From NCBI GenBank assembly GCA_947629445.1, contig CANRDU010000002.1:64047-128046 (forward strand): a stretch of DNA of 64,000 bases. The letters run 5' to 3'. The number at the start of each line of letters is the position of its first letter. The first letter of the stretch is position 1. The position numbers and the translations under genes were made by a program. The stretch is from an uncultured Bacilli bacterium (GTDB lineage: Bacteria > Bacillota_I > Bacilli_A > RF39 > UBA660). The notes below the pieces were generated by a model. It was not told the DNA's origin and searched no databases. It was given only the letters and a program-made list of their open reading frames with translations. Of this stretch, positions 18,700 to 28,224 are shown piece after piece.

Positions 18700-20052
18700 T
18701 TATGAATTTTCTACAATTTCTCCATTTTCTTTAAACTCGCCATTGACAGACCAAGACTTCATTTTCTCAAAGATATCTTTAGCTTCCTCTCCCTCGACGA
18801 TAGACGTTTTTTTATCAGATTGAATAGCTGGAACAAAGTAATAACTGCTCGTTCCATCTTTGGATAATTTCCAAGTTAAAATACCTGTAGGTTTTGTTTC
18901 CTTACTGAAAATAAAGTCACCCAAATTATAGGCAATTAACTTTCCTTTATAAAATTCTACTCCTTGAAGTTCATGAGCATGCGTACCTACAATTAAATCA
19001 GCTCCACTATCAATATAAAGTTTACCGGTTTCTAATACAACATCCTCTAAAACGTGAGAATCTTCCTTCCCCCAGTGGAGGAGAGCTACTACATAATCAC
19101 TATGTTCTTTGGTTTCTTTGATTAAATTCGCATAAGGTTCTGGGTCATAAGCCCGAAATACACCAGGACTATCTTCCGTAGCTTCCGGAGTTAAAATAAA
19201 TTTTTCTGCTCTAGTAGCATTTACAAAGGCAATCTTATAACCATTCACAATATAATAATAGGGCTCCATAGCCTCTTCTATATTTCGACCAGCTCCAATG
19301 TATGGTAGATTCGCTTTTTCTAAAGTATCTAAAGTATCTAAAAAAGCTTCTTCTCCAAAATCATAGATGTGGTTATTAGCAAGCGTCACTAAATCCACAC
19401 CCATTTCATCATAAACGGATACATGTTCTGGATTAGCCCTAAAGGTCCATGTTTTTTTAGGCATCGGTGTACCACGATTACTGAAACAAAATTCATTATT
19501 CACGATCATAATATCCGCATCATTCATATATTTCACGGTATCTTCTGATAAGATACCATAGACACCTTTTTGACGACTAAGATAAAATGGCATAATCTCC
19601 CAATTATCCGCAAGAGAAACATCTCCCGCAAAACTAATATTAATTTCGTCTTTGCTACCCTCTATCAATTGTACACGATCATTATTTTGATAAATACCTT
19701 CTTGTAAATCTTTTAATACAAAATAAGAATTTCCCGTTAACTCGTGCCACATTTCTCTACTATATCCATTTTCTTTTTGAGCATCATACACTTTCTTTAA
19801 AAAATCATCCCCATATGTCTTGACTAACCAATTTAAAAATTCTTGATTTAAATCATCATTTTTAAGTGCTAAAAGGGCTTCTTGATAGTCGATTTTTTCT
19901 TCGGTACGAGGAGTATCATTTTCTACTTTTTTATTTTTCTTTGAAAGAGATTGAATGCCCAAAGATACGGAGAAAGCGACCAGTACTATAGCAATTACTA
20001 AGACGAGTATGCGATCGTAACGTACTTTCCTTTTCTTTACTACCTTTTTCAT
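18700..20052 (-). CDS. CapA/PgsA-family metallophosphoesterase-like membrane-anchored protein
   Basis: 450 aa with an N-terminal TM. ISFAGDVSLADNW, VNNEFCFS, LANNHIYDFGE, HWGKE and GTHAHELQG are CapA (poly-gamma-glutamate/capsule) family motifs. Confidence 0.7.
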   Translation of the reverse strand: MKKVVKKRKVRYDRILVLVIAIVLVAFSVSLGIQSLSKKNKKVENDTPRTEEKIDYQEALLALKNDDLNQEFLNWLVKTYGDDFLKKVYDAQKENGYSREMWHELTGNSYFVLKDLQEGIYQNNDRVQLIEGSKDEINISFAGDVSLADNWEIMPFYLSRQKGVYGILSEDTVKYMNDADIMIVNNEFCFSNRGTPMPKKTWTFRANPEHVSVYDEMGVDLVTLANNHIYDFGEEAFLDTLDTLEKANLPYIGAGRNIEEAMEPYYYIVNGYKIAFVNATRAEKFILTPEATEDSPGVFRAYDPEPYANLIKETKEHSDYVVALLHWGKEDSHVLEDVVLETGKLYIDSGADLIVGTHAHELQGVEFYKGKLIAYNLGDFIFSKETKPTGILTWKLSKDGTSSYYFVPAIQSDKKTSIVEGEEAKDIFEKMKSWSVNGEFKENGEIVENS

Positions 20053-20085
20053 AACTACTCACCTAGTATCATTATATCACATATG

Positions 20086-20111
20086 AAAAAAAAAAGACGA
20101 GTATGCGTCTT
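20086..20111 (-). terminator. intrinsic terminator after the D,D-carboxypeptidase gene
   Basis: Transcript AAGACG-catact-CGTCTT followed by T10. Confidence 0.65.
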
Positions 20112-21265
20112 TAAAAGTGAAGATTTCCCGTAATTAAATCTTTTCCATAACGGAGAAATAAATCGAAAATATTAGCTTTCCTAACACTCGTTGCCACTGT
20201 TAAATCTACTTCACGAATGACCTTTTCTCCATCTAAGATAGAAAGGGTTCCTACCTTATCACCCACTAGAATGCTAGAGGGTATTTTATCATATTCAATT
20301 TCATAAGTTGGGGTTAATTTAACATCCATCTTACGATAGAGTAAACTAACATCTTCTTTGGGAACAATAGCTACTCTTTCTTGTTTTGATTTTTCTAATT
20401 CAATCGTATCCACAATACTATCTTTGGAAAGTAATTTTTGAATGCCATATTGGGCAAAAGCATAATCAAGCATTCCCCCTACTTCTGAATTTCTAGTAGA
20501 ACTACTAGGTTCCCCCATCACTACTGCAATCACACGCATTCCTTCCTTTTTCATCGTCGCTGTAAGACAGTATCCAGAATCTGCTGTATAACCAGTTTTT
20601 AAACCATCTACCCCTTCTTTAAAACGAACTAATTTATTCGTATTGACTAACCAAGTCTGTCTATCTGTTCCTGTTCGCAAATAAGTCTCATAAATAGAAG
20701 AATATTCTAAAATTTTTTCATGTCTAACCAACTCTCTTGCAATCATCGCCATATCATAAGCACTAGAATAATGATTCTCTGTATCTAATCCATGACTATT
20801 TTGAAAATGAGTATCTTTCAGTCCTAATTCTGTTACTTTATCATTCATCATTTTCACAAAATTGGATTCACTTCCACCAATTGCTTCTGCCATAGCAACG
20901 ACCGCATCATTCCCACTAGCAATCGTAATTCCTTTTAATAAATCATCTACAGACATAGTCTCTCCTTCTTCTAAAAGAATTTGTGATCCACCCATATCCG
21001 ATGCATTTTTACTAGCCGTTATTTTGGTATCTAAAGAGATAGAACCTTTTTCTATTGCCTCCATAATCAGAAGCAAACTCATCATCTTTGTCATCGAAGC
21101 AGGCGCTAATTTCTCATGAGAATTAAATTCATAAAGTACTTGCCCTGTTGATACTTCTATTAAAATTGCACTCTTCGCATTAGGTGCGAGTAGATTGCCA
21201 TCTTCTGCTTTTACGCTTGGTATCAAAAGCCATAAAGAAATTATGAATAATAAAACTTTTTTCAT
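20111..21265 (-). CDS. serine-type D-Ala-D-Ala carboxypeptidase (PBP5/DacA-like)
   Basis: Signal peptide, SxxK (ASMTK), SxN (ASGND), KTG (LKTGYT) and a C-terminal PBP5_C-like domain. Confidence 0.85.
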   Translation of the reverse strand: MKKVLLFIISLWLLIPSVKAEDGNLLAPNAKSAILIEVSTGQVLYEFNSHEKLAPASMTKMMSLLLIMEAIEKGSISLDTKITASKNASDMGGSQILLEEGETMSVDDLLKGITIASGNDAVVAMAEAIGGSESNFVKMMNDKVTELGLKDTHFQNSHGLDTENHYSSAYDMAMIARELVRHEKILEYSSIYETYLRTGTDRQTWLVNTNKLVRFKEGVDGLKTGYTADSGYCLTATMKKEGMRVIAVVMGEPSSSTRNSEVGGMLDYAFAQYGIQKLLSKDSIVDTIELEKSKQERVAIVPKEDVSLLYRKMDVKLTPTYEIEYDKIPSSILVGDKVGTLSILDGEKVIREVDLTVATSVRKANIFDLFLRYGKDLITGNLHF

Positions 21266-21305
21266 ATTCCACCTCTATTTAACTTTATGTCATAACAAGA
21301 TAATT

Positions 21306-21335
21306 AAAACAAAAAAAGTACATTGCTGTACTTTT
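21306..21335 (-). terminator. intrinsic terminator after the SPFH gene
   Basis: Transcript AAAAGTACA-gcaa-TGTACTTTT followed by TTTGTTTT. Confidence 0.6.
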
Positions 21336-22137
21336 AATGTCTATCTTTCATCTCAATAACTCTTGCTATATCTTCTAAAGTTGGACTTTTTGGTTCTCCT
21401 GATCTTTCAAATGCTCTTAATACTTCAATTGGTAGAGCAAAAATAATAGTATTAGATTGGTCAGAAGAAACATCATTAATGGTTGCTAAAGTACGTAAAT
21501 GAAGAGCGCCTGGTACTTTACTCATAGTATCAGCAGCTTTCGCTAAGTTAAGGGAAGCTTCTACTTCTCCTGCTGCCTTAGTAATAACAGCCATTTTTTC
21601 ACGTTCTGCTTCTGCAGCTTTCGCAATTACTCTCTTCATCTCTTCTGGTAGAGAAATATCCTTTAATTCTACATTTTCAACTTTAATTCCCCAAGGATCA
21701 GTTGCTTGATCAATAATATTACAAATTTCTGTAGAAATTTTTTCTCTTTCTCCTAATAATTCATCTAGAGAAACAGCTCCTACGGCATTACGCATCGTAG
21801 TTTGTGCTAATTGACTAACTGCATAAAAGTAGTTTTCAACAGCAAGAATACTCTTACTAGCATCAAAAATCTTATAATAAATAACCGCATTAATTTTAAC
21901 AGATACATTATCTCTGGTAATAGCTTCTTGCTCCGGCACGTCTACTGCCTTTGTACGAATATCTACTTTGCTGTAACTTTGAAAAATGGGAATAACAATA
22001 TTCCATCCCGGATTCATAATGGATGAAAATTTACCAAGTGTAAACTTAATTCCCCGCTCATATTCATTAATTTGCTTAACTGAAGGTAAAATAAGACAAA
22101 TTAAGACAATAATCAATAAAACGATAAGACCTTCCAT
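21334..22137 (-). CDS. SPFH/band-7 (stomatin-like) membrane protein
   Basis: Start refined to ATG 22137 (MEGLIVLLIIV) after SD GAGGTGAT. Contains ERGIKFTLGKF...VDIRTKAVDVPEQEAITRDNV...ISLPEEM. The track's 44-codon extension overlaps the divergent promoter region. Confidence 0.85.
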   Translation of the reverse strand: MEGLIVLLIIVLICLILPSVKQINEYERGIKFTLGKFSSIMNPGWNIVIPIFQSYSKVDIRTKAVDVPEQEAITRDNVSVKINAVIYYKIFDASKSILAVENYFYAVSQLAQTTMRNAVGAVSLDELLGEREKISTEICNIIDQATDPWGIKVENVELKDISLPEEMKRVIAKAAEAEREKMAVITKAAGEVEASLNLAKAADTMSKVPGALHLRTLATINDVSSDQSNTIIFALPIEVLRAFERSGEPKSPTLEDIARVIEMKDRH

Positions 22138-22244
22138 AATATCACCTCTGCTTTTATTATAGCATATTCCACCCATTCTCTCAATAGAAGTTTTATTTTT
22201 CAACTTTTTGTGGTAGAATAACAGTAGAATTATAGGAGGAAAAT

Positions 22245-23204
22245 ATGTCAAAATTGAAATTAAAGACAAGAAACATAGTAATTGCGGTTGGCTGTGTTGT
22301 TATTGTTGTAGTACTGGCAGTTGGATTATTTCGTTGGAAGAAAACTTTAGATTATCAAGCAACATATGAGTATAAATTAGAACATCATGGATACTCCGAG
22401 GAAGATACTGCCTATTTCCTAGAAAAACTTTCTAATGAAGAATTAGATGCACTTTTAGCAAGAGATGTTGATGAAAACATTCCTAAATTCATGAAAGAAG
22501 AATACTATCTTAAAAAGAATTTAGATCAATATTTAGCTTATTATCAAGAAAATTCTGATAAAAGTATAACGGATGTCATTGCTACCGTCAATGTAGGCGC
22601 CAATAAAGAATGGTACACCGATTACGTCGATGCCGATACTTCCAAAGATACTTTAGTACTCGCTAATAAATTTCATTTTTTAGGTGAAAATTATGAACCA
22701 AATGATTTAGTAGAAGTTAGTAACTGGTATGCTTATGGAGATGGACCACTACTTAGAAAAATAGCTTATGATGAATTTGTTGGTATGTATAATGCCGCTA
22801 AAGAAGATGGTCAAGATATCATTATTAATTCCTCTTATCGTGACTACCAATATCAATTAGATTTGTACAACGATTATGTTAGTTGGTATGGTCAAACCAA
22901 GACAGATGAGATGGCTGCTCGTCCAGGATTTTCAGAACATCAAACTGGACTTACTATCGATGTAACCACTTATGGAGAAAATGAAAATACCTTTGATAAA
23001 ACGGAAGAATTCGCATGGCTTCAAAATCATGCCCATGAATATGGATTTATCTTACGCTATCCAGAAGGAAAAGAACACTTAACTGGATATGAATATGAAT
23101 CTTGGCATTATCGTTATGTTGGCGTTGAAGTGGCAACTTACATCCACGAACATAATATTACTTATGATGAATATTATGCGTTCTTCCTTGAAGGAGATAA
23201 CTAA
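22245..23204 (+). CDS. VanY/M15B-family D-alanyl-D-alanine carboxypeptidase, membrane anchored
   Basis: SSYRDYQYQ, ARPGFSEHQTGLTIDV, EYGFILRYPEGKEHLTGYEYESWHYRYVG, plus an N-terminal TM. Confidence 0.8.
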   Translation: MSKLKLKTRNIVIAVGCVVIVVVLAVGLFRWKKTLDYQATYEYKLEHHGYSEEDTAYFLEKLSNEELDALLARDVDENIPKFMKEEYYLKKNLDQYLAYYQENSDKSITDVIATVNVGANKEWYTDYVDADTSKDTLVLANKFHFLGENYEPNDLVEVSNWYAYGDGPLLRKIAYDEFVGMYNAAKEDGQDIIINSSYRDYQYQLDLYNDYVSWYGQTKTDEMAARPGFSEHQTGLTIDVTTYGENENTFDKTEEFAWLQNHAHEYGFILRYPEGKEHLTGYEYESWHYRYVGVEVATYIHEHNITYDEYYAFFLEGDN

Positions 23205-23205
23205 T

Positions 23206-24507
23206 ATGAAAAGCAGTACAGAAAAAAATAAACATAGAAAGATAAAATGGAAAAATTTAGGAGTATTACTCCTTTTTCTCTTTATCATCGTATGGATAAT
23301 TATTGGGATTTATCTTTTAAACCATAAATCAGTAGACAAAAAATTAGAAGAACAAGGATATAATAAGAATGAAATACTTTCGATTAGAAAGTATATTTCC
23401 GAAAAAGATTTAGAAATTCTTCTAGATTATTCCTACCACGAAACGATTTTACATATACTAGAAGAAGAGAACTTTCAAGAAGAGAATTTAAAAAAGTATT
23501 TAGACTTTCTAAAACGATATCCTCTAGCAACTAGTGATGACGTTGTCTTTCTTATCAATCGCGATTTAGAAGATATTACCTATACCCCAGATATTCACAC
23601 GATTCTTCATCATAAAGATTTTAAAGAAGAATATTTAAGTCAATATTTAGAATATTATCAAAAAAATGCCGTAGATGGAAATCAAGTAATTCTCGATATC
23701 AATAATAAAAATCAACCAGAAAAGCCAAAAGAACCGGAAGATAAAAATGAGAGTTCTCCAAAGGAGGATGTACCCACTGTGGAAGATAATACTTCTCTCT
23801 TTTTAGGAAGAGAATATACTATTCAAAAGAATTTATCTCGATATAATGCATACTATCAAAAACATAAAGATTTAGATATCGATGAAATCATTACTAGAGT
23901 GAATAGTAATCTTGATAAAGAATTTTATGTAGATACTACCCCTACTGATTTATCAAAAGGTGATTTAATCATCGCCAATAAATACTATTATTTAGGGAAA
24001 GATTACGTTCCTGATAACTTAGTTAGCATTAATTCTACTTATGGAAATGCTGGTCAACAAGTGAAAGAAGTTGCTTATAATGCCTTCATCGAAATGTATA
24101 ATGCTGCCTTAAAAGAAAATCTTCATTTATATATTTCTTCTCCTTACCGGTCCTACTCTAGACAAAGTACATTATATAACAACTATGTTAAAAGAGATGG
24201 AAAGAAAGAAGCAGACACTTACTCTGCCCGTCCAGGATTTTCAGAACACCAAACTGGTCTGGCAATGGATTTATCTACTGCTTCTAATCATAGCATCGAT
24301 GATTTTGAAAAATCAAAAGAATTTACTTGGACAGTAAAACATGCTTATGAATATGGATTTATTCTTCGCTATCCAAAAGGAAAAGAATATATTACGGGAT
24401 ATATCTATGAACCTTGGCATTATCGCTATGTTGGAAAAGAGGTTGCTAAATATATCTATGAACATGATATTACATACGAAGAATACTATGAATTTTTTGT
24501 CAAATAA
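23206..24507 (+). CDS. VanY/M15B-family D-alanyl-D-alanine carboxypeptidase (paralog, longer N-terminal module)
   Basis: Start refined to ATG 23206 (MKSSTEKNKHRKIKW) after SD AAGGAGA, 1 nt after the upstream stop. Contains SPYRSYSRQ, ARPGFSEHQTGLAMDL and EYGFILRYPKGKEYITGYIYEPWHYRYVG. Confidence 0.8.
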   Translation: MKSSTEKNKHRKIKWKNLGVLLLFLFIIVWIIIGIYLLNHKSVDKKLEEQGYNKNEILSIRKYISEKDLEILLDYSYHETILHILEEENFQEENLKKYLDFLKRYPLATSDDVVFLINRDLEDITYTPDIHTILHHKDFKEEYLSQYLEYYQKNAVDGNQVILDINNKNQPEKPKEPEDKNESSPKEDVPTVEDNTSLFLGREYTIQKNLSRYNAYYQKHKDLDIDEIITRVNSNLDKEFYVDTTPTDLSKGDLIIANKYYYLGKDYVPDNLVSINSTYGNAGQQVKEVAYNAFIEMYNAALKENLHLYISSPYRSYSRQSTLYNNYVKRDGKKEADTYSARPGFSEHQTGLAMDLSTASNHSIDDFEKSKEFTWTVKHAYEYGFILRYPKGKEYITGYIYEPWHYRYVGKEVAKYIYEHDITYEEYYEFFVK

Positions 24508-24517
24508 AAGAGATTCC

Positions 24518-25219
24518 TCAAGGAATCTTTTTTTCTAACAATTTATGAATATCTAATTCATGGGGAACAAAATCAGTGATGTGTTGATCTAATTCTTCTA
24601 CTACCTGTTCTATTAACTGTAAACGTTTTTGTTGATAGTCTAAAATATCATCATTTAAAAGAATAAGGACCTCTTCGATTTCCGCTAAGAGCTGTTCATT
24701 TTCAAGAATGGTTGCTTCACAAAACTTTTTCTTTTCCTTTTCTTTTTCTAAACTCTCTTCAATCGCATTTAGTTCATCATCAATATTATCGTGATAGTGA
24801 GCCGTTTTACGGAAAAAATCCTTTGACACATAGCGAAATTCTACTAATCCCATCATACCCGCTATCACAGGAAAAACTTCTATGAAAGAACTGAGTGAAA
24901 TCATTATAGTAGATTTCAGGAATAAATAGCCAATCGCCTCAATTAATAAAATCATCACAATAAAACCAACACCAGAAGCTAAGCCAAATTTAATTGCCTT
25001 TTTCCAATATTCTTTTAATAACGAATGATAGTTTGAGAGATAAAATTTCCTTTGCTTAGAATCCGCTTTTTCTTGCTCTAATAAACTTAACTTTTGATCT
25101 ACTAACTGAATTTCTTTTATTTTCTTTTGATTTTCGTTTTTTAAGGTATCTCTCCTATCTTCCAATTGTTCTTTTTTTATTTGTGATGACTGGATAGCCT
25201 TTAAATATTTATCAGCCAT
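24518..25219 (-). CDS. hypothetical coiled-coil membrane protein
   Basis: 233 aa with an N- and a C-terminal coiled coil flanking 2-3 hydrophobic helices. SD gaggtgatgg. No family recognised. Confidence 0.55.
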   Translation of the reverse strand: MADKYLKAIQSSQIKKEQLEDRRDTLKNENQKKIKEIQLVDQKLSLLEQEKADSKQRKFYLSNYHSLLKEYWKKAIKFGLASGVGFIVMILLIEAIGYLFLKSTIMISLSSFIEVFPVIAGMMGLVEFRYVSKDFFRKTAHYHDNIDDELNAIEESLEKEKEKKKFCEATILENEQLLAEIEEVLILLNDDILDYQQKRLQLIEQVVEELDQHITDFVPHELDIHKLLEKKIP

Positions 25220-25294
25220 ACCATCACCTCGGTGTCATTATTATAACACAAATTTTTCCGATAGAAAAAGATATTCTTTAGAATATCTTTTCTT

Positions 25295-25573
25295 TTAATT
25301 ATTCATAAATCCAGAACATTTTCCACAGTCATTATTAATGATTTGATTTTCTTCTGAACAAGAATATCTCGGTGTATATGTATGATTGTAAATATGTTTG
25401 TTAACTACATGTGTATGAATTGGACAAACATGTGGTACTTCATGTTGAAATACTCTCTCCACACATTTGTTGATGGTTGGTTCTACTACTTCTTGAATTT
25501 GTCTTTGACAGCAACCACCTTGACGTGTTCCAAACATATTGTTATTTCTGTTGCAACAATTTTGATTAAACAT
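25295..25573 (-). CDS. CotD-family spore coat protein-like (92 aa)
   Basis: Start refined to ATG 25573 (MFNQNCCNRNN) after SD AAGGGGGAA. VEPTINKCVERVFQHEVPHVCPIHTHVVNKHIYNHTYTP matches the V.P...C....F...VPH..P.HT..VN.H...H.Y.P pattern of CotD as I recall it. The track extension overlaps ffh. Confidence 0.6.
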   Translation of the reverse strand: MFNQNCCNRNNNMFGTRQGGCCQRQIQEVVEPTINKCVERVFQHEVPHVCPIHTHVVNKHIYNHTYTPRYSCSEENQIINNDCGKCSGFMNN

Positions 25574-25655
25574 ATTGTTTTCCCCCTTATCTAATCTATC
25601 ATATGTACTAAGACAAAAAACGAATAAGCAAATTCCTAGATACAAAAAAAAATAC

Positions 25656-26954
25656 CTAAAAAGGCATTTTTCCATTCTTCATCTGTTTCATCATCACTTT
25701 CATTTGTTCAAACTGTTTAACCAATCGATTAACCTCTTCTACCGTTCTTCCTGAACCATTTGCAATTCTCTGCTTCCGGGTTGCTTTTAAGCAGTCTGGA
25801 TGTCTTCTCTCATAAGGAGTCATCGATAAGATAATTGCTTCGATATGAGCCATATCTTTTGGATCTACCTTAATATTTTTAGCTTCTTTTGGGATACCAG
25901 GAAGCATTTTGATTAAATTTTCTAACGGTCCTAATTTTTTTATTTGCTTTAAGGTACTTAAAAAATCCTCTAAATCAAATTTTCCCTCTTGCATTCTCTT
26001 GGCAGACTTCATCGCTTCATCTTGATCAATTACTTCTTCTGCTTTTTCTATCATGGTCATAATGTCGCCCATACCTAAAATACGAGTAGCCATTCGATCA
26101 GGATAAAATTCATCTAGTCCATCCATTTTTTCACTAATACCAATAAACTTAATTGGAACATTCGTTAAATGGCGAATAGAAAGAGCAGCTCCACCACGAG
26201 TATCACCATCCAATTTGGTTAAAATAGCCCCTGTTAGAGATAATCGATTATTGAATCCCTCAATCACATTGATAGCATCTTGACCGGTCATACTGTCCAC
26301 AACCAACATTACTTCATGAGGGTTAATCTCTGTTTGAATATTATTTAATTCATCCATTAATTCTTCATCGATATGTAAACGCCCCGCTGTATCAATTAGC
26401 ACATAATCATAACGATTTTCTTTAGCATATTGAATTGCATTTTTGGCAATTAAAACAGGATTTCCTTTTCCTTCTTCATATACTTCAATATTGAGTTCTT
26501 TACCAATTTGCTTTAACTGATCAATAGCCGCTGGTCGATAAACATCACAGGCAACCAGAAGCGGATTTTTCTTATATTTCTTACGAAGCATACGAGCAAG
26601 TTTTCCAATTGTTGTTGTTTTACCACTACCTTGAAGTCCAACAAGCATTAAGATTGAAGGATTCCCAGCCGTATAGATATCAGCCTTTTCCCCTCCTAAG
26701 AGTTCAACTAATTCATCTTTTAAAATTTTGACAAACATCTCACCCGGTTTTAAAGATTTGGCAACTTCCTCCCCTAAAGCTTTTTCTTTGACATTATTCA
26801 CAAACTCTTTGACTACTTTATAGTTAACATCTGCTTCTAGTAAAGCAAGACGAATTTCTCTAGTAACATCACTAATATTTTCTTCGGTAATTTTTCCGTA
26901 ACCTTTAATTTTATTTACCGCATTTTGTAATCTTTCTCCTAAGCTTTCAAACAT
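25656..26954 (-). CDS. ffh: signal recognition particle protein Ffh
   Basis: MFESLGERLQ..., GLQGSGKTTTIGKLA, DTAGR, TKLDGD and an M-domain. ATG 26954 follows AGGTGAT; the track start 26963 is a GTG within the SD. Confidence 0.97.
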   Translation of the reverse strand: MFESLGERLQNAVNKIKGYGKITEENISDVTREIRLALLEADVNYKVVKEFVNNVKEKALGEEVAKSLKPGEMFVKILKDELVELLGGEKADIYTAGNPSILMLVGLQGSGKTTTIGKLARMLRKKYKKNPLLVACDVYRPAAIDQLKQIGKELNIEVYEEGKGNPVLIAKNAIQYAKENRYDYVLIDTAGRLHIDEELMDELNNIQTEINPHEVMLVVDSMTGQDAINVIEGFNNRLSLTGAILTKLDGDTRGGAALSIRHLTNVPIKFIGISEKMDGLDEFYPDRMATRILGMGDIMTMIEKAEEVIDQDEAMKSAKRMQEGKFDLEDFLSTLKQIKKLGPLENLIKMLPGIPKEAKNIKVDPKDMAHIEAIILSMTPYERRHPDCLKATRKQRIANGSGRTVEEVNRLVKQFEQMKVMMKQMKNGKMPF

Positions 26955-26972
26955 TTTAATCACCTAGTACTT

Positions 26973-26981
26973 ATTATATCA
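26973..26981 (-). promoter_or_regulatory. extended -10 promoter element for ffh
   Basis: Minus strand reads TGaTATAAT about 20 nt upstream of the ffh SD. The -35 is poor. Confidence 0.4.
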
Positions 26982-27005
26982 TATTCCCTTCCACTTCGTA
27001 TAGAA

Positions 27006-27530
27006 TTGTTTAAAAAAAGCAAACTAATACGGGGTGATACTATCACATATTTATTAATATTTAGTTTAAAAATCATCGAGAATGCTCTTGCTACTCTCCG
27101 TATTATTGTCATTGCGAATGGTAAAAAATTTATCGGTGCTTTTCTTAATTTTCTCATGTCTTTTTCTTGGATTTTTTCCATGTCTTTAGTCCTCGTCAAT
27201 ATTCAAACAGATCCTATTAAAATTATTGCTTATTCTTTTGGAACCTTCTTTGGTTCTTATATGGGTTCTCTGATTGAAGAACGTTTAGCGCTCGGAAACA
27301 ACATGATTATAGCGATTACCGATAAAGAAAAAAATACAGTAATAGATAAATTACGCGAACAACATTATCCTGTCATCTCACTAGAGGGAAAAGAACTAGA
27401 AGAGGAAAAGGACATCCTCCTGATAACGACCACTAGAAAGAAAAAAAGAAATGTCATCCATCTGATTAAAAGAATTGATAAAAAGTGTTCCATTATCATT
27501 GATAATGCCTACTTAGATACCAAAATATAA
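27006..27530 (+). CDS. UPF0316/DUF2179-family membrane protein
   Basis: 174 aa: LKIIENALATLRIIVIANGKK, three TM segments and a C-terminal DUF2179-like domain. The only canonical in-frame start is TTG 27006, which has no clear SD, so the start is uncertain. Confidence 0.65.
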   Translation: MFKKSKLIRGDTITYLLIFSLKIIENALATLRIIVIANGKKFIGAFLNFLMSFSWIFSMSLVLVNIQTDPIKIIAYSFGTFFGSYMGSLIEERLALGNNMIIAITDKEKNTVIDKLREQHYPVISLEGKELEEEKDILLITTTRKKKRNVIHLIKRIDKKCSIIIDNAYLDTKI

Positions 27531-28162
27531 GCTTTATCTGTAATCACTAACATATCATCTGATATGTTTTTTAATTCTTCTTTCCGATTAACAGTCCATA
27601 TCATTTTCTTTTTAGGAGAAGTAATATCAGGGTAAGCTCCTCTAGAAACAGAAAGGAATGTAAAAGGTCTATACTCTTTATTTTTGTTGATAAAATCACT
27701 TACTAATAAACCAACGGGAAAACTCGTTTTTAACTGATAAATATCATATCGAAAACTACAAACAGAAATAAATAGATGCGTATATTTTTCTAATACTTTA
27801 GAAAGTTCCTTCATCACTTCTTCCATGTTAGAACGTTCTTCCTTTACATCTAATAAGATTATTTTATCACTATCTACTGCCTCTAAAAATTCCTCTAAAG
27901 AATTTAAAAAATGAGGTTTATCGAAAGTTCCTAAATTTAAGGATTGTAATGTTTTTAAAGTCTCATTTCTAATACCATAAAAATCAATACCTAAATATAA
28001 AATAGAACTATTATGACTAATGATAAATTTTTTATCTTTTGTCATACGAATATCTAATTCTACCCCATCGATATAATCTTGCTTTAAACACCAAAGAAGT
28101 GCTTCTTTCGTATTCTCGTAAAAAGAATGTTTATCTTTTCCCCGATGAGCGATAAATTTCAT
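27509..28162 (-). CDS. glycerophosphodiester phosphodiesterase (GDPD/PI-PLC-like TIM barrel) family protein
   Basis: 217 aa with FIAHRG, YENTKEAL and GVELDIRMTKDKKFIISHN (HD is replaced by HN). SD GGTGATGAC. The 3' end overlaps the convergent DUF2179 gene by 22 nt. Confidence 0.7.
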   Translation of the reverse strand: MKFIAHRGKDKHSFYENTKEALLWCLKQDYIDGVELDIRMTKDKKFIISHNSSILYLGIDFYGIRNETLKTLQSLNLGTFDKPHFLNSLEEFLEAVDSDKIILLDVKEERSNMEEVMKELSKVLEKYTHLFISVCSFRYDIYQLKTSFPVGLLVSDFINKNKEYRPFTFLSVSRGAYPDITSPKKKMIWTVNRKEELKNISDDMLVITDKAYILVSK

Positions 28163-28193
28163 GTCATCACCAGTTTAATATATGTTGTTATCA

Positions 28194-28224
28194 TCAAAAA
28201 AAGATATAGAAATCTATATCTTTA
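28194..28224 (-). terminator. hairpin plus T-run directly after the HerA-like gene
   Basis: Transcript TAAAGATATAG-attt-CTATATCTTT followed by TTTTTGATG. The stem includes the stop codon. Confidence 0.6.

Noticed and set aside
20000-20107. Exact 14-nt direct repeat AAGACGAGTATGCG at 20000-20013 and 20094-20107, flanking the 5' end of the CapA-like gene.
   Set aside because: One copy is simply the terminator stem-loop of the upstream gene and the other lies in coding sequence. There is no mobile-element content between them. It is marginally unexpected by chance but I can attach no function, so I treat it as coincidence or a small duplication scar.
26960-27199. 79-aa minus-strand ORF abutting the ffh start.
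   Set aside because: It overlaps the plus-strand DUF2179/UPF0316 gene, which has recognisable family features. It has no SD. It is probably a shadow ORF.
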